DNA of 64,000 nucleotides, taken from Myxococcota bacterium (GTDB taxonomy: Bacteria; Myxococcota_A; UBA796; UBA2385). The DNA lies in NCBI GenBank assembly GCA_044344255.1, contig JBIJDH010000024.1, positions 32,001 to 96,000 of the forward strand, given 5' to 3'. Below, piece by piece: positions 29,550-39,628 of the stretch. A program made the translations under genes and the position numbers. The notes beneath the pieces were generated by a model. The model saw only the letters and a program-made list of their open reading frames with translations, made no database searches and was not told the origin of the DNA. Position 1 is the stretch's first letter, and each line of letters starts with the position of its first letter.

Positions 29550-32033
29550 ATGCGCACCTGTCCCCCGCTGTGCTCCGCCCCCTCGACCACCGCCCGGGTC
29601 GGCGGCCCGGCGCCCTCCCTCACCGGCTCCCTTGTCCTCATCGGGCTGCTCGGGCTCAGCGCCTGCGGGAGCGGCAAGGCCTCCCTCGGCGGCGGGGACG
29701 ACGGGGTAGACGGGGCCGACGGGACAGACGGGGCCGACGGGGCCGACGGGGCCGACGGCGGAGACGACACCGACCCCCTGCCGCCGCCGGCCTGCGGCCT
29801 CACCTGGACGGTCGCCGGCGGGGACGCGGCGCGCGGCGTCTACCTGCCGCTCGACACCGACGCCCTCGACGAGGCCGCCTGGGCCACCGAGCGCCTCCGC
29901 CTGCGGCCGATCACCCTCTCCGGCGCCGCCGACGAGGTCGGGCTCACGGTCACCGGCGAGGGCGCGCTCCTGCTCTTCGCCGCCGACGGCAGCGCCCGCT
30001 CGCTTGAGGCCCCGCTCACCGCGGCCGAGCTCCCCGCCACCCTGTATGTGCAGGGCGCGGTGGGCGGAGCGGTCGCGCTCACCGCCACGGGGAGCGCCGG
30101 CGGCCTGGACTGTGACCTCCCCGCCAGCCTCTCCCTCGACGTCGGCGCGCCCACCGGCCTCGGCGGCCGCAGCCTCAGCGTCGCCCCCGGCTTCGAATTC
30201 GTGCGCAGCGTGCAGGACGGCGACGCGCTCGAGGTGGCGCTCGACCCCAACCGCCACACCGACCGGGTCGGCCAGCCCTTTGACCTCTACCTCGTCCCGC
30301 ACAAGAGCCCCGCCGACTGGGCCACAGACCCGAGCCTGACGGGCCTCGTCGGGACCGAGACCCTCGCCGAGGGGGCCCTCGGGATCTGGACCGTCGGGGA
30401 AGACCTCGCTGTCCCCTCGGGCGCGCTCTACGTCGCCTACGACCTCGTGCTCGACTTCGGCCAGGACGGGCAGCTCGACCCCGGCGACATCGCCGCTGGC
30501 CCTGGGCGTGAAGAGGCCGGCGCCTACGTCGTCGCCGACCTCACCACGAAGGGCCCCCACGCCGTCACCACCGTCGAGTACTCGGGCGGCCGCTGGCTCG
30601 GCCAGCGCACCTACTTTCCCACGGACATCGCGGCCTTCGAGGAGGCCCGCCCCCTCGTCGTGGTGAGCCACGGAAACGGGCACAGCTACACCTGGTACGA
30701 CTACCTGGGGGAGCAGCTCGCCTCCTGGGGCTACGTCGTGATGTCGCACGAGAACAACACCGGTCCCGGCATCGAGAGCGCGTCCGAGACCACGCTCACC
30801 AACACCGACTACCTGCTCTCGCACCTCGACAGCATCGGCGATGGCGCGCTCGAGGGGCACATCGACAGCCACCGCATCGTCTGGATCGGCCACTCCCGGG
30901 GTGGAGAGGGCGTGGCGCGCGCGGCCGACAAGCTCTTCACCGGCAGCTTCGTCCCGGATGAATACACCTACGAAGACATCGTGCTCATCAGCTCGATCGC
31001 CCCCACGGTCTTCCTGGGCACGGGTCACTCGACCCCCCATGACCGGCCCTACCACCTCATCGCGGGCGCGTCGGACGGCGACGTGACCGGCGGCGCAGAC
31101 TGTGAGATCTGCCAGTTCCTCCGCATCCCGGAGGCCGCCGAGGCCGAGGTCGCCGTGACCTACGTGGAGGGGGCCAGCCACAACGACTTCAACTGCTGCG
31201 GCTTCGACGACGGCACCGGCCCCGACCTCATCGGGCGCGCGGCCGCTCAGCAGGTGGCCAAGGCGGCCTGGATGGCGCTCCTCACCTGGCGGGTGGAGGG
31301 CGACCCCGCCACCCGCGACTTCGTCGAGCGCCCCTACGAGAGCTTCCACTCCATCGGCATCCCCGACACGGTGATCGTCGCCAGCCAGTGGAGCGACCCC
31401 GGCCTCGATCGGCTCGTGCTCGACGACTTCGAGTCGAGCCCGGAGCTCACCCTCTCCTCGAGCGGCGGCGCGGTCAGCGCCACGGTCACGAACCTCGTCG
31501 AGGGCCGCCTCGACGACGGCAACAGCAGCTTCGTCTGGGACGACTCCGATCCCATGAACGGGATGACCCTGTCCACCTCGGCCTCGGAGGCGACCTCGGG
31601 GGCCCTCTTCGACTGGACCGAGGAGGGCAGCTATACGATCGAGGTCCCGGCGGGCGAGGGCGACTGGCTGGCGAAGCGCTGGCTCTCCGTCCGGGCCTGT
31701 CAGCAGAGCCAGCACCCGAACACCGAAGACCTCGACGGTGGCCTGTCCTTCAGCGTCACGCTGGTGGACGGGGCCGGCGTCGAGGCCAGCCTGCCGATCG
31801 CCCCGCTCAGCCGCCTCCCTGCCCCTTACGCCCGCTCCAGCGGCTGGGGGGCCGGCTCGACCGGCTGGGCCAATGAGTGGCAGACCCTCCGCCTGCGCCT
31901 CGCCGACTTCGAGGCGGGCGGCACCGGCATCGACCTCCAAGACATCGCCCTGCTGCGCTTCGACTTCGGCGGGGAGGCGGGAGACGCCCCGGGCCGCATC
32001 GGCATCGACGACATCGAGGTCCTCTCCGAATGA
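29550..32033 (+). CDS. Large lipoprotein with an alpha/beta-hydrolase domain
   Basis: Lipobox LSAC; DGA linker; SHGNG, GHSRGGEG, DGDV, ASHNDF. Confidence 0.8.
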   Translation: MRTCPPLCSAPSTTARVGGPAPSLTGSLVLIGLLGLSACGSGKASLGGGDDGVDGADGTDGADGADGADGGDDTDPLPPPACGLTWTVAGGDAARGVYLPLDTDALDEAAWATERLRLRPITLSGAADEVGLTVTGEGALLLFAADGSARSLEAPLTAAELPATLYVQGAVGGAVALTATGSAGGLDCDLPASLSLDVGAPTGLGGRSLSVAPGFEFVRSVQDGDALEVALDPNRHTDRVGQPFDLYLVPHKSPADWATDPSLTGLVGTETLAEGALGIWTVGEDLAVPSGALYVAYDLVLDFGQDGQLDPGDIAAGPGREEAGAYVVADLTTKGPHAVTTVEYSGGRWLGQRTYFPTDIAAFEEARPLVVVSHGNGHSYTWYDYLGEQLASWGYVVMSHENNTGPGIESASETTLTNTDYLLSHLDSIGDGALEGHIDSHRIVWIGHSRGGEGVARAADKLFTGSFVPDEYTYEDIVLISSIAPTVFLGTGHSTPHDRPYHLIAGASDGDVTGGADCEICQFLRIPEAAEAEVAVTYVEGASHNDFNCCGFDDGTGPDLIGRAAAQQVAKAAWMALLTWRVEGDPATRDFVERPYESFHSIGIPDTVIVASQWSDPGLDRLVLDDFESSPELTLSSSGGAVSATVTNLVEGRLDDGNSSFVWDDSDPMNGMTLSTSASEATSGALFDWTEEGSYTIEVPAGEGDWLAKRWLSVRACQQSQHPNTEDLDGGLSFSVTLVDGAGVEASLPIAPLSRLPAPYARSSGWGAGSTGWANEWQTLRLRLADFEAGGTGIDLQDIALLRFDFGGEAGDAPGRIGIDDIEVLSE

Positions 32034-32674
32034 CCGCGCTCCTCACCGCCCTCGGGCTCCCTGTCGCGCTCTGGCTCCACACCGGCGCGGCCTCGGCCGG
32101 CGAGGGCGCCACGCCCGCCCCCGTCCGCGCCTCCGCCCCCGCAGCGCCGGTCGCCCTGACGCCGCTGGTCGTCCAGCCCTTTCGACTCCGCACGCCCTAT
32201 CGGTACGACTGGAGCGCCGACCACCCGATGGTGTCCGAGGGGCTGCTCGTGGTGCTGCGCAGCCCCGCGGCGGCGCCCCGCGACGCCCTCGAGCCCCTGC
32301 TCTACGCCGGCGCCGTCCCGATGGAGCGCCTGTCCTGGAGCCCGACCGACACGGCCGTGGTGGCGATCATCCCCGGCCCGCTCGCCCACCGCCCCCTCTC
32401 GGAGACCCTGCTCTATTGGGGGGCCCCCGCGCTGGCCGAGCAGCTCGACGCCCCCTCCGGCGCCGCCGAGCTGCGCCGCGCCCTCGCCGCGGGGGTCCGC
32501 CCCGCCTCCCCGGCCGCCCTCTCGAAGGTGACGGCGCCCCAGGTGCAGGTCGAGAGCGCCGAGGCCCTGCTCTGCCTCGCCGCCGACCTCGTCTCCGCGT
32601 GGGCCCCCGCCGACGCCGCGCGGGCCGCCGGCTGGCGCGCCGCCCCCGCCTGTGCGCGCGCCGAAGCGCCTTGA
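32030..32674 (+). CDS. Secreted hypothetical protein coupled to the hydrolase
   Basis: ATGA overlap; signal peptide. Confidence 0.65.
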   Translation: MTALLTALGLPVALWLHTGAASAGEGATPAPVRASAPAAPVALTPLVVQPFRLRTPYRYDWSADHPMVSEGLLVVLRSPAAAPRDALEPLLYAGAVPMERLSWSPTDTAVVAIIPGPLAHRPLSETLLYWGAPALAEQLDAPSGAAELRRALAAGVRPASPAALSKVTAPQVQVESAEALLCLAADLVSAWAPADAARAAGWRAAPACARAEAP

Positions 32675-32704
32675 GCCCCTCACCGCACCCTGCCTGGAGA
32701 CCGC

Positions 32705-33586
32705 ATGAACGCTCGCCTGTACCCCGCCCTCCTGCTGCTGCTCCCCCTCGGCCTCGGCTGCTCGGACAAGTCCGACGGTGACAAGAGCGGGGAGGAGTCC
32801 GACGCCGACACCGACGCCGACGCCGATGGGGACGCCGACGGTGACGCCGACTCCGACGCCGACTCCGACGCCGACTCCGACGCCGACCCCACCGGCGGCC
32901 TCTCCGGAAAGGTGGTGTGGGAGAACGGAGCCCCGGCCGCCGAGGGCATCCAGATGCGCCTCTGCCAGGTCTCCTGCATGTCGATCTTCCCTGAGTCCGA
33001 TGGCAGCTACAGCTTCGAGGGGGCGCCGGCCGGCTGGAGCGCCTTCGAGGCCGCCCCGCTCGTGGAGCCGAAGGTCTACGCCACCCCGGTCGCCCCGGTG
33101 AACATCACCGACGAGGTCGTGCACCTCGACGCCCCGCTCGTGGTGGCCGCCTACACCGACTCCAAGAACCTGAGCGGCACCGGCGACTTCACCGTCACCG
33201 GCCCCGATGGTGTCCAGCTCACCGTGAGCTACGACGCCGCAGGCTTCACCCCCGGCCCGACCAGCCCCACCACCGACGCCTTCATCGCCGGCGTGCAGGT
33301 TGATCCCGCCACCGCCGGCCTGCCCATCGCCGGCATCGAGTACGGCTCAGTGGCGGGCATGTGGTACTTCGGCAACCCGGAGGCGGAGATCGATCCCGGC
33401 TGGTCGTTCACCGTCAACGACCCCCTCGGCCTGCCCGAGGGCACCGTGCTCAACGTCTGGGTGGCGGACTACACCCACATCGAGTGGAAGAGCGGCGGCA
33501 CCGCCACCGTCACCGGCGGCCAGATCGTCTCCGAGGGCGGGCTGACCATCCTGTCCACCCTCATCCTGACCACGGCGGCCGAGTAG
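32705..33586 (+). CDS. Lipoprotein with DADS linker and a beta-sandwich (carboxypeptidase regulatory-like) domain
   Basis: Lipobox GLGC; (DADS)n; LSGKVV...DGSYSFEG. Confidence 0.75.
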   Translation: MNARLYPALLLLLPLGLGCSDKSDGDKSGEESDADTDADADGDADGDADSDADSDADSDADPTGGLSGKVVWENGAPAAEGIQMRLCQVSCMSIFPESDGSYSFEGAPAGWSAFEAAPLVEPKVYATPVAPVNITDEVVHLDAPLVVAAYTDSKNLSGTGDFTVTGPDGVQLTVSYDAAGFTPGPTSPTTDAFIAGVQVDPATAGLPIAGIEYGSVAGMWYFGNPEAEIDPGWSFTVNDPLGLPEGTVLNVWVADYTHIEWKSGGTATVTGGQIVSEGGLTILSTLILTTAAE

Positions 33587-33606
33587 CCGGGGCCGCGCGG
33601 CCCCGG
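33587..33606. terminator. Perfect 20-bp palindrome between convergent genes; possible terminator
   Basis: ccggggccgcgcggccccgg; no U-tract. Confidence 0.35.
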
Positions 33607-33613
33607 TTCACCC

Positions 33614-34072
33614 TCAGACCTTGGGGCCGTGGGTGACCATCACGGGGATCGGGCACTCGCGCACCACCCGCTCGGTGACCGAGCCGAGCAGGGCCCGCTT
33701 GAGGCCGGTGCGGCCGTGGGTGCCCATCACCAGGAGATCGTAGCTCCCGCTGCGGAGCTCCTCCAGCACCTCCTCCGGTGGCCAGCCCTCGCGGATGACC
33801 GTGGCGGTGGCCACCTCCGACGGGAGGTTGCCGAGGCGGATGCTCTCGAGCTTGGCCTTCTGCTCGGTGGCCAGCTCCTGGCTCATCTGCGTGAACAGCG
33901 GGCCCGAAGACTCCGACAAGCCAAACTCGGTGGCGTAGAAGTGGGGGATCACGCCGATGTGCAGCAAGGTCACCCGCCCCCCCGTCTTGGTGGCGAGGGC
34001 CCCGGCGAGCTTCACCGCGTGTAATGAAGCGTCGGAGAAGTCGATCGGCACGAGGATGTTCTTGAATTCCAT
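33614..34072 (-). CDS. Universal stress protein
   Basis: ILVPIDFS, DLLVMGTHGRTG...LLGSVTERVVR. Confidence 0.95.
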   Translation of the reverse strand: MEFKNILVPIDFSDASLHAVKLAGALATKTGGRVTLLHIGVIPHFYATEFGLSESSGPLFTQMSQELATEQKAKLESIRLGNLPSEVATATVIREGWPPEEVLEELRSGSYDLLVMGTHGRTGLKRALLGSVTERVVRECPIPVMVTHGPKV

Positions 34073-34081
34073 GGCGGCCCC

Positions 34082-34735
34082 CTAAGAAGCGTGAGCGTGG
34101 CAGGGAGGTACCGTAGCGTCTGCGGAGTCGGGAGAGAAGGCCCCGCTTCGAAGGAGCAGGGCCCCCATCCCGAGAACGAAGACCGCCGCCGCCACCGAGC
34201 GGCGCAGCCGGGGGCCTCGGCCGGCCAGCCAGCCGAGGGCCGCGCGGGCGGAGGCCAGCGCCGGGACGGTGCCGAGGCCAAAGACCACCATGACGAGGGC
34301 CCCGGCGACCGGGCTCGGCGCGGCGACGGGGAGCGCCATCGCGGTGTAGACGAGCCCACAGGGTAAGAGCCCGCTCAGCAATCCGAACGTGAAGGCCGCC
34401 ACCGGCCCGGACCGCGCGGCGAAGCGAGAGGCGACCCGAATGAAGCCGGCCGGGGCGAAGCCCGGCGCCGCGCCCACCACACCGGCGAGGCGGAGCGCGA
34501 ACCAGGCGAGCAGCGCGCCCGCCACCGCCGTGCCGACAAAGCCCGGCCCCGGGAGGACGGAGCCGAAGCTGCCGGCGAGGGCACCGAGGGCGCCGTAGGT
34601 GGTGAGCCGACCCGCGTGCCAAAGCAGCCCGCCCCCCTTGGCGGTGGCCGCGCTGGCGAAGCCGCCACACATGCCGACGCAGTGGGGGCTGCCAGTGAGG
34701 CCGGCCAGAAAGGCGCCGCCGAGGAGAGGGATCAT
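34082..34735 (-). CDS. Sulfite exporter TauE/SafE (DsbD_2) family membrane protein, cbb3-associated
   Basis: [32 protein letters not shown]. Confidence 0.85.
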   Translation of the reverse strand: MIPLLGGAFLAGLTGSPHCVGMCGGFASAATAKGGGLLWHAGRLTTYGALGALAGSFGSVLPGPGFVGTAVAGALLAWFALRLAGVVGAAPGFAPAGFIRVASRFAARSGPVAAFTFGLLSGLLPCGLVYTAMALPVAAPSPVAGALVMVVFGLGTVPALASARAALGWLAGRGPRLRRSVAAAVFVLGMGALLLRSGAFSPDSADATVPPCHAHAS

Positions 34736-34989
34736 CGCTCGAGCTCCAAGCTCAACAGGGCGGGGCTCTCCCCACCCCGAATGACGTGAATTCGAGGCCA
34801 CCCCAGCGCCAGATCGGCGAGCCGCTCCGCGAGCAGGGACCCGAAGTCGTCAAAGTCCGCACCCGATGGGATCCGGAGACCCAAACCCACGAGGCGCCGG
34901 CCTGGACGCGAGCGGACAAAGTCGTGCACGGCCCGCGCGAGCTCGGCGACCCAGGCATCGATGGTGGGGACGGGCAGACGCGACAACAC
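34732..34989 (-). CDS. Small hypothetical protein (85 aa), weakly HypA-like
   Basis: GGAGG RBS with GTG start; ATGA overlap with the next gene; ends LLSLELER. Confidence 0.55.
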   Translation of the reverse strand: MLSRLPVPTIDAWVAELARAVHDFVRSRPGRRLVGLGLRIPSGADFDDFGSLLAERLADLALGWPRIHVIRGGESPALLSLELER

Positions 34990-35012
34990 GTGAACCTCCG
35001 CGCCCTTCGAAG

Positions 35013-35028
35013 GCAAGGGGCGTGCCAA
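35013..35028 (-). promoter_or_regulatory. Sigma-54 -24/-12 promoter
   Basis: Minus strand TTGGCACG-CCCC-TTGC, a consensus match about 24 bp upstream of the GTG start. Confidence 0.8.
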
Positions 35029-35179
35029 GCCCCCCGCAGTGAGGCGCGACGCCCCTTTCCCGGCGCAGGGGCCCCCGAGCCTCGGCAGGTCTGTGCCGAC
35101 TGCCCCATCTTCTCCGTGCGATTTCCCACAGCGTCCGTCGCGTGCCAGGGGGGATCGAACCTTTTCGAAGCGCGGCCCA

Positions 35180-35195
35180 CGGCACGAAACATGCA
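35180..35195 (+). promoter_or_regulatory. Sigma-54 -24/-12 promoter for ccoN
   Basis: CGGCACG-AAAC-ATGCA (GG-N10-GC), 25 bp upstream of the ccoN start. Confidence 0.65.
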
Positions 35196-35220
35196 TGGCG
35201 CCCGGTCGGAGGAAGCCCCC

Positions 35221-36672
35221 GTGTCCACCACACAAGCATCATCACCGGCTCCGGTGATTCAATATGACGACGCCATCGTCAAGAAATTCGTCTTCGTCAC
35301 CCTGCTGTGGGGCGCTGTCGGCATGCTGGTGGGGGTCATTCTGGCCCTCCAGCTCGCTTGGTGGCCCGCCAATCTCAGCCTTCCGTACACCACCTTCGGC
35401 CGGCTGAGGCCCCTGCACACCAACGCGGTCATCTTCGCCTTCACCGGCAACTTCATCTTCGCCGGCGTGTACTACTCCATGCAGCGCCTCCTCAAGACGC
35501 GCATGTTCAACGACACGCTGTCGAACATCCACTTCTGGGCCTGGCAGCTCATCATCGTCTCCGCCGCGATCACCCTCCCCCTCGGACTGACGCAGGGCAA
35601 GGAGTACGCCGAGCTCATCTGGCCGATCGACATCGCCATCACGCTCGTCTGGGTCGTCTTCGCGGTCAACTTCTTCGGCACCATCGCCATCCGCAAGGTC
35701 AAGCACCTCTACGTGGCGATCTGGTTCTACATGTCGATGGTCATCACCATCGCCGTCCTGCACATCACGAACAGCCTCGCGATCCCCGCCACCCTGACCC
35801 GCTCCTACTCGATCTACGGCGGCATGACCGACGCGCTCGTGCAGTGGTGGTACGGCCACAACGCGGTGGGCTTCCTGCTGACCACCCCGATCCTCGGCCT
35901 GATGTACTACTTCCTGCCGAAGTCCGTGGAGCGGCCGGTCTTCTCGTACCGCCTCTCCATCGTGCACTTCTGGGCCCTCGTCTTCCTCTACATCTGGGCC
36001 GGCCCCCATCACCTGCTCTACTCCGCGCTCCCCGAGTGGGCTCAGACCCTCGGCATGGTGTTCAGCATCATGCTCATCGCACCCTCCTGGGGTGGGATGC
36101 TGAACGGACTGCTCACCCTGCGCGGCGCCTGGGACCGTCTCCGCACGGACCCCGTGGTGAAGTTCTGGGCCGTCGCCATCAGCTTCTACGGAATGAGTAC
36201 CTTTGAAGGCCCGATGATGTCGATCCGCGCCGTGAACTCCCTGTCTCACTACACGGACTGGACCATCGCCCACGTGCACGCCGGCGCCCTCGGCTGGGTC
36301 GGCATGGCGGCCTTCGCGATGCTCTACTGGCTGGTCCCCCAGCTCTACCACCGCAAGCTGCACAGCGTCGCGCTCGCGAACGTCCACTTCTGGGTCTCGA
36401 CCATCGGCATCGTCCTCTACATCATCGCGATGTGGACCGCCGGAATCACCCAGGGCCTGATGTGGCGCGCCATCGACGACCAGGGCCAGCTCCAGTACCC
36501 GGCCTTCCTCGACACCGTCACCCAGCTGATCCCCTTCTACTGGATCCGCCTCCTCGGCGGCACCATGTACCTCGGTGGTCTGCTCCTGATGGCGTGGAAC
36601 CTGTTCCAGACCACCAAGGACGCTCCGGCCTCCTCCACTGTCCCCTCCGCAGCCCGCGCTTCGGCGAAGTGA
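35221..36672 (+). CDS. ccoN: cbb3-type cytochrome c oxidase subunit I
   Basis: [36 protein letters not shown]. Confidence 0.97.
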   Translation: MSTTQASSPAPVIQYDDAIVKKFVFVTLLWGAVGMLVGVILALQLAWWPANLSLPYTTFGRLRPLHTNAVIFAFTGNFIFAGVYYSMQRLLKTRMFNDTLSNIHFWAWQLIIVSAAITLPLGLTQGKEYAELIWPIDIAITLVWVVFAVNFFGTIAIRKVKHLYVAIWFYMSMVITIAVLHITNSLAIPATLTRSYSIYGGMTDALVQWWYGHNAVGFLLTTPILGLMYYFLPKSVERPVFSYRLSIVHFWALVFLYIWAGPHHLLYSALPEWAQTLGMVFSIMLIAPSWGGMLNGLLTLRGAWDRLRTDPVVKFWAVAISFYGMSTFEGPMMSIRAVNSLSHYTDWTIAHVHAGALGWVGMAAFAMLYWLVPQLYHRKLHSVALANVHFWVSTIGIVLYIIAMWTAGITQGLMWRAIDDQGQLQYPAFLDTVTQLIPFYWIRLLGGTMYLGGLLLMAWNLFQTTKDAPASSTVPSAARASAK

Positions 36673-36676
36673 CATC

Positions 36677-37390
36677 ATGAGCACCGAACAGAACGCTCCT
36701 CAGGAATCCTTTCATCGCCGGGTGCTCGAGCACCGCAGCGCGGCCTTCGCGGTCCTGACGACGGTGACGATGCTGATCGGCGGCATGGTGGAGATCATCC
36801 CCATGTTCTCGGCGAGCGCCGGCCCCGACACCCTGGACAACGTCACCCCCTACACGCCGCTCGAGCTGGCCGGGCGCGACATCTACCTGCGGGAGGGCTG
36901 CTACAACTGTCACTCCCAGATGGTGCGCCCCTTCCGCGCCGAGACGCTGCGCTACGGGCCCTGGTCCCGGGCGGGTGAGTACGCCTACGACCACCCCTTC
37001 CAGCTCGGCTCCCGTCGTATCGGGCCCGATCTGCACCGAGTGGGCGGCAAGTACCCGGACGCCTGGCACTTCGAGCATATGAAGGACCCGCGCGCCACCT
37101 CCCCCGGGAGCGTGATGCCGTCCTACCCCTGGCTCATCGACGACAAGGTCGATCCCGCGGACATCCAGGCCAGCGTCCGCGCGATGAAGACGATCGGCGT
37201 CCCCTACACCGACGAGGACATCACCAACGTGCCCGCCTCCTTGGCGGCACAGCAGGCCACCATCGTCTCCAGCCTCGCCAGCGCCAAGATCACCGTCGAA
37301 GGCGATCGAGAGATCGTGGCCCTCATCGGCTACCTCCAGCGGCTCGGCAAGGACGGCCGCGCCGCGGTCGCCGCCGGGGGTGCCCCATGA
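36677..37390 (+). CDS. ccoO: cbb3-type cytochrome c oxidase subunit II
   Basis: GRDIYLREGCYNCHSQMVRP, GSRRIGPDL, SVMPSY. Confidence 0.97.
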   Translation: MSTEQNAPQESFHRRVLEHRSAAFAVLTTVTMLIGGMVEIIPMFSASAGPDTLDNVTPYTPLELAGRDIYLREGCYNCHSQMVRPFRAETLRYGPWSRAGEYAYDHPFQLGSRRIGPDLHRVGGKYPDAWHFEHMKDPRATSPGSVMPSYPWLIDDKVDPADIQASVRAMKTIGVPYTDEDITNVPASLAAQQATIVSSLASAKITVEGDREIVALIGYLQRLGKDGRAAVAAGGAP

Positions 37391-37572
37391 GCCAGCTCAC
37401 CACCGCGGTGGGTCAGGCCAGCGACGGCGGGATGCTGATGGGCGTGATGACCATCGTGTTCTTCGCTTTCTTCGTCGGATGGGTGGTCTGGGCCTGGAGC
37501 CCCGCCCTCCGCAGCCAGATGGACGCGGCGTCCCGCATGCCGCTCGATGATGAATCCGGAGGTGTACGGTGA
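37387..37572 (+). CDS. ccoQ: cbb3 oxidase small subunit
   Basis: Single TM, then ASRMPLDD; position in the operon. Confidence 0.85.
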   Translation: MSQLTTAVGQASDGGMLMGVMTIVFFAFFVGWVVWAWSPALRSQMDAASRMPLDDESGGVR

Positions 37573-38078
37573 GCGAAAAAGTCGACCAGATCCTCGGTCA
37601 CGGCGCCGACTGTGACGGAATCGAGGAATACGACAACAAGCTGCCGACCTGGTGGCTCGGGCTGTTCTACTTCTGCATCCTGTGGGCCGGCGGGTACGCG
37701 GTGCACTACCACTTCGTAGCGACCCGATCGCAGACCTCCGAATACGAGGCGGAGATCGCGGCCGCGGCCATCGCCTGGCCGATGCCCGAGGCCCCGGCTG
37801 GCGGCGTCGCGGGCACCCCCACGGCGGCCGACATCGAGGCCGGCAAGGCCATCTACACGGCCAACTGTGTAGGCTGCCACGGCCCGGAGCTGAAGGGTGG
37901 GATCGGCCCCGACCTGACGGACGGGGAGTGGATCCACGGCGGGACGCTCACCGAGATCACCAAGACTGTCACAGAGGGCGTCCCGGCAAAGGGTATGCTG
38001 ACCTGGGGCCCAATCCTGGGGCCTCAGAAGGTGGCCTCGGTCTCCGCGTTCATTCACAGCTCCGGCGGCGGAAAGTAA
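37569..38078 (+). CDS. ccoP: cbb3 oxidase subunit III, short mono-haem form
   Basis: DGIEEYDNKLPTWW; a single CVGCH; GPDLTD. Confidence 0.9.
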   Translation: MSEKVDQILGHGADCDGIEEYDNKLPTWWLGLFYFCILWAGGYAVHYHFVATRSQTSEYEAEIAAAAIAWPMPEAPAGGVAGTPTAADIEAGKAIYTANCVGCHGPELKGGIGPDLTDGEWIHGGTLTEITKTVTEGVPAKGMLTWGPILGPQKVASVSAFIHSSGGGK

Positions 38079-38123
38079 CGAAGCCCCCTGCGAAGAGCGC
38101 GCTTCGAAGACAAGGAGACGGTC

Positions 38124-39461
38124 ATGTCCGAGCAGAAGAAAGGTCGAGCCTGGGTCTACACGGCGTCGGTGAAGGGTCGCTTCCAGCGCCTCCACCGGCT
38201 CTCCGGGTTGGCCCTCCAGCTCATCCTCTTCGTGACGCCCTGGGTGACCATCGGTGGGTACCCCGCCTTCCGGCTGGATCTCCCCGGGCGGCGGCTCTTC
38301 GCCCTCGGGGCCACCTTCACGCCCAGGGACACCATCTTCCTGGTCCTCCTGCTCCTCTTCGGGGCCTTCTCGCTGTTCCTGTTCACCTCGCTCTTCGGGC
38401 GGCTGTGGTGCGGCTACGCCTGCCCACAGACCGTCTTCCTCGAAGAGTGGGTGCGCCCCATCGAGAAGGTGATCGAGGGGGACCGCGCTCGCCGGATGGC
38501 CCGTGACCGCGGCCCCTGGAACTTCGACAAGGCCTGGCGGAAGGTCCTCAAGAACACGCTGTACGCCGCGCTCGCTGTGGTGGTCGGCGCCACCTTCATG
38601 AGCTGGTTCGTCGATCCGCGGCTGCTCTGGACCGGAGAGGCGAGCGGGGTGGCCTACGGCCTCACGGGCTTCTTCAGCGCCGTGATGTTCGCCGACTTCT
38701 CCTGGTTCCGTGAGCAGTTCTGCAACTACCTCTGCCCATACGCCCGCTTCCAGGGCGCGCTCACCGACGACGAGAGCAAGGTCGTCGCCTACAACGTGGT
38801 GCTCGGCGAGCCCCGCCGCACCCGCGGGGACGCCGCCGCCACCGGCGCCTGTATCGACTGTGGAAAGTGTGTCGCTGTCTGTCCCCAAGGCATCGACATC
38901 CGCAAGGGCTACCAGCTCGAGTGTGTCAACTGCGCTCGCTGCGTAGACGCCTGCGAGGGGGTGATGGACAAGCTCGGCCACGAGCCCCTGATCCGCTACA
39001 CCACGGTGGCCGCCGACCAGGGCAAGGAGGCCCGCCTGCTCCGGCCGCGGACCGTGCTCTACAGCGCGGTGCTCTTCCTGATCGCGACCGTCTTCACCGT
39101 CCAGCTCACCGATCGGCACGACATCGAAGGGGCGGTCAACCGCGTCCCCGGCGCGCTCTACACCCTCGACGCCGACGGCTGGGTGCGCAACACCTTCCTG
39201 CTCGAGGTGACCAACAACCACGGGGTGCCCGGCGGCGACCCCGACACCATCACCGTGAGCATCGAGGGCCTCCCCGACGCCCAGGTCATCATCCCGCCGA
39301 TCGCGCTCGGCCACACCGAGAGCACGCGGATGCCGCTGGTCGTGCGGGTGCCCCCGGACACGCAGATCGGCCGGACCGCGAACATCGAGGTCCGCCTCCG
39401 CACCGAGCACGACGAGATCGTGCTCCACAGCACCTTCAAGAACGCGAGCCCCGAGAGCTGA
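38124..39461 (+). CDS. ccoG: cbb3 accessory 4Fe-4S protein
   Basis: GRLWCGYACPQT, CPYARFQ, CIDCGKCVAVCP, ECVNCARCVDAC. Confidence 0.95.
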   Translation: MSEQKKGRAWVYTASVKGRFQRLHRLSGLALQLILFVTPWVTIGGYPAFRLDLPGRRLFALGATFTPRDTIFLVLLLLFGAFSLFLFTSLFGRLWCGYACPQTVFLEEWVRPIEKVIEGDRARRMARDRGPWNFDKAWRKVLKNTLYAALAVVVGATFMSWFVDPRLLWTGEASGVAYGLTGFFSAVMFADFSWFREQFCNYLCPYARFQGALTDDESKVVAYNVVLGEPRRTRGDAAATGACIDCGKCVAVCPQGIDIRKGYQLECVNCARCVDACEGVMDKLGHEPLIRYTTVAADQGKEARLLRPRTVLYSAVLFLIATVFTVQLTDRHDIEGAVNRVPGALYTLDADGWVRNTFLLEVTNNHGVPGGDPDTITVSIEGLPDAQVIIPPIALGHTESTRMPLVVRVPPDTQIGRTANIEVRLRTEHDEIVLHSTFKNASPES

Positions 39462-39499
39462 GGCGCACGCCTCTCCCCGCCGGGCCCCCAGGAGCGCAC

Positions 39500-39628
39500 A
39501 TGCCGGATCGTTGGACCCTCGGAATCATCAGCGGCTTCCTGGTGGTGTTCTTCGCGAACGGCCTGCTGGTCTGGTTCGCGCTGGACCAGCCCCTCGAGCT
39601 CGATCCCACCTACACCGACTCCCGGTGA
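39500..39628 (+). CDS. ccoH: Minimal FixH/CcoH-like peptide (42 aa)
   Basis: MPDRWTLGIISGFLVVFFANGLLVWFAL...; GGAG RBS; lies between ccoG and ccoI. Confidence 0.65.
   Translation: MPDRWTLGIISGFLVVFFANGLLVWFALDQPLELDPTYTDSR

Noticed and set aside
28452..31940. 1162-aa minus-strand ORF and similar long antisense ORFs (1216-3894, 37413-39428, 39610-41970)
   Set aside because: Shadow frames of well-supported opposite-strand genes in high-GC DNA, with no recognisable motifs
35129..35150. Third sigma-54-like TGGCACG on the minus strand
   Set aside because: Lacks the GC at the -12 position
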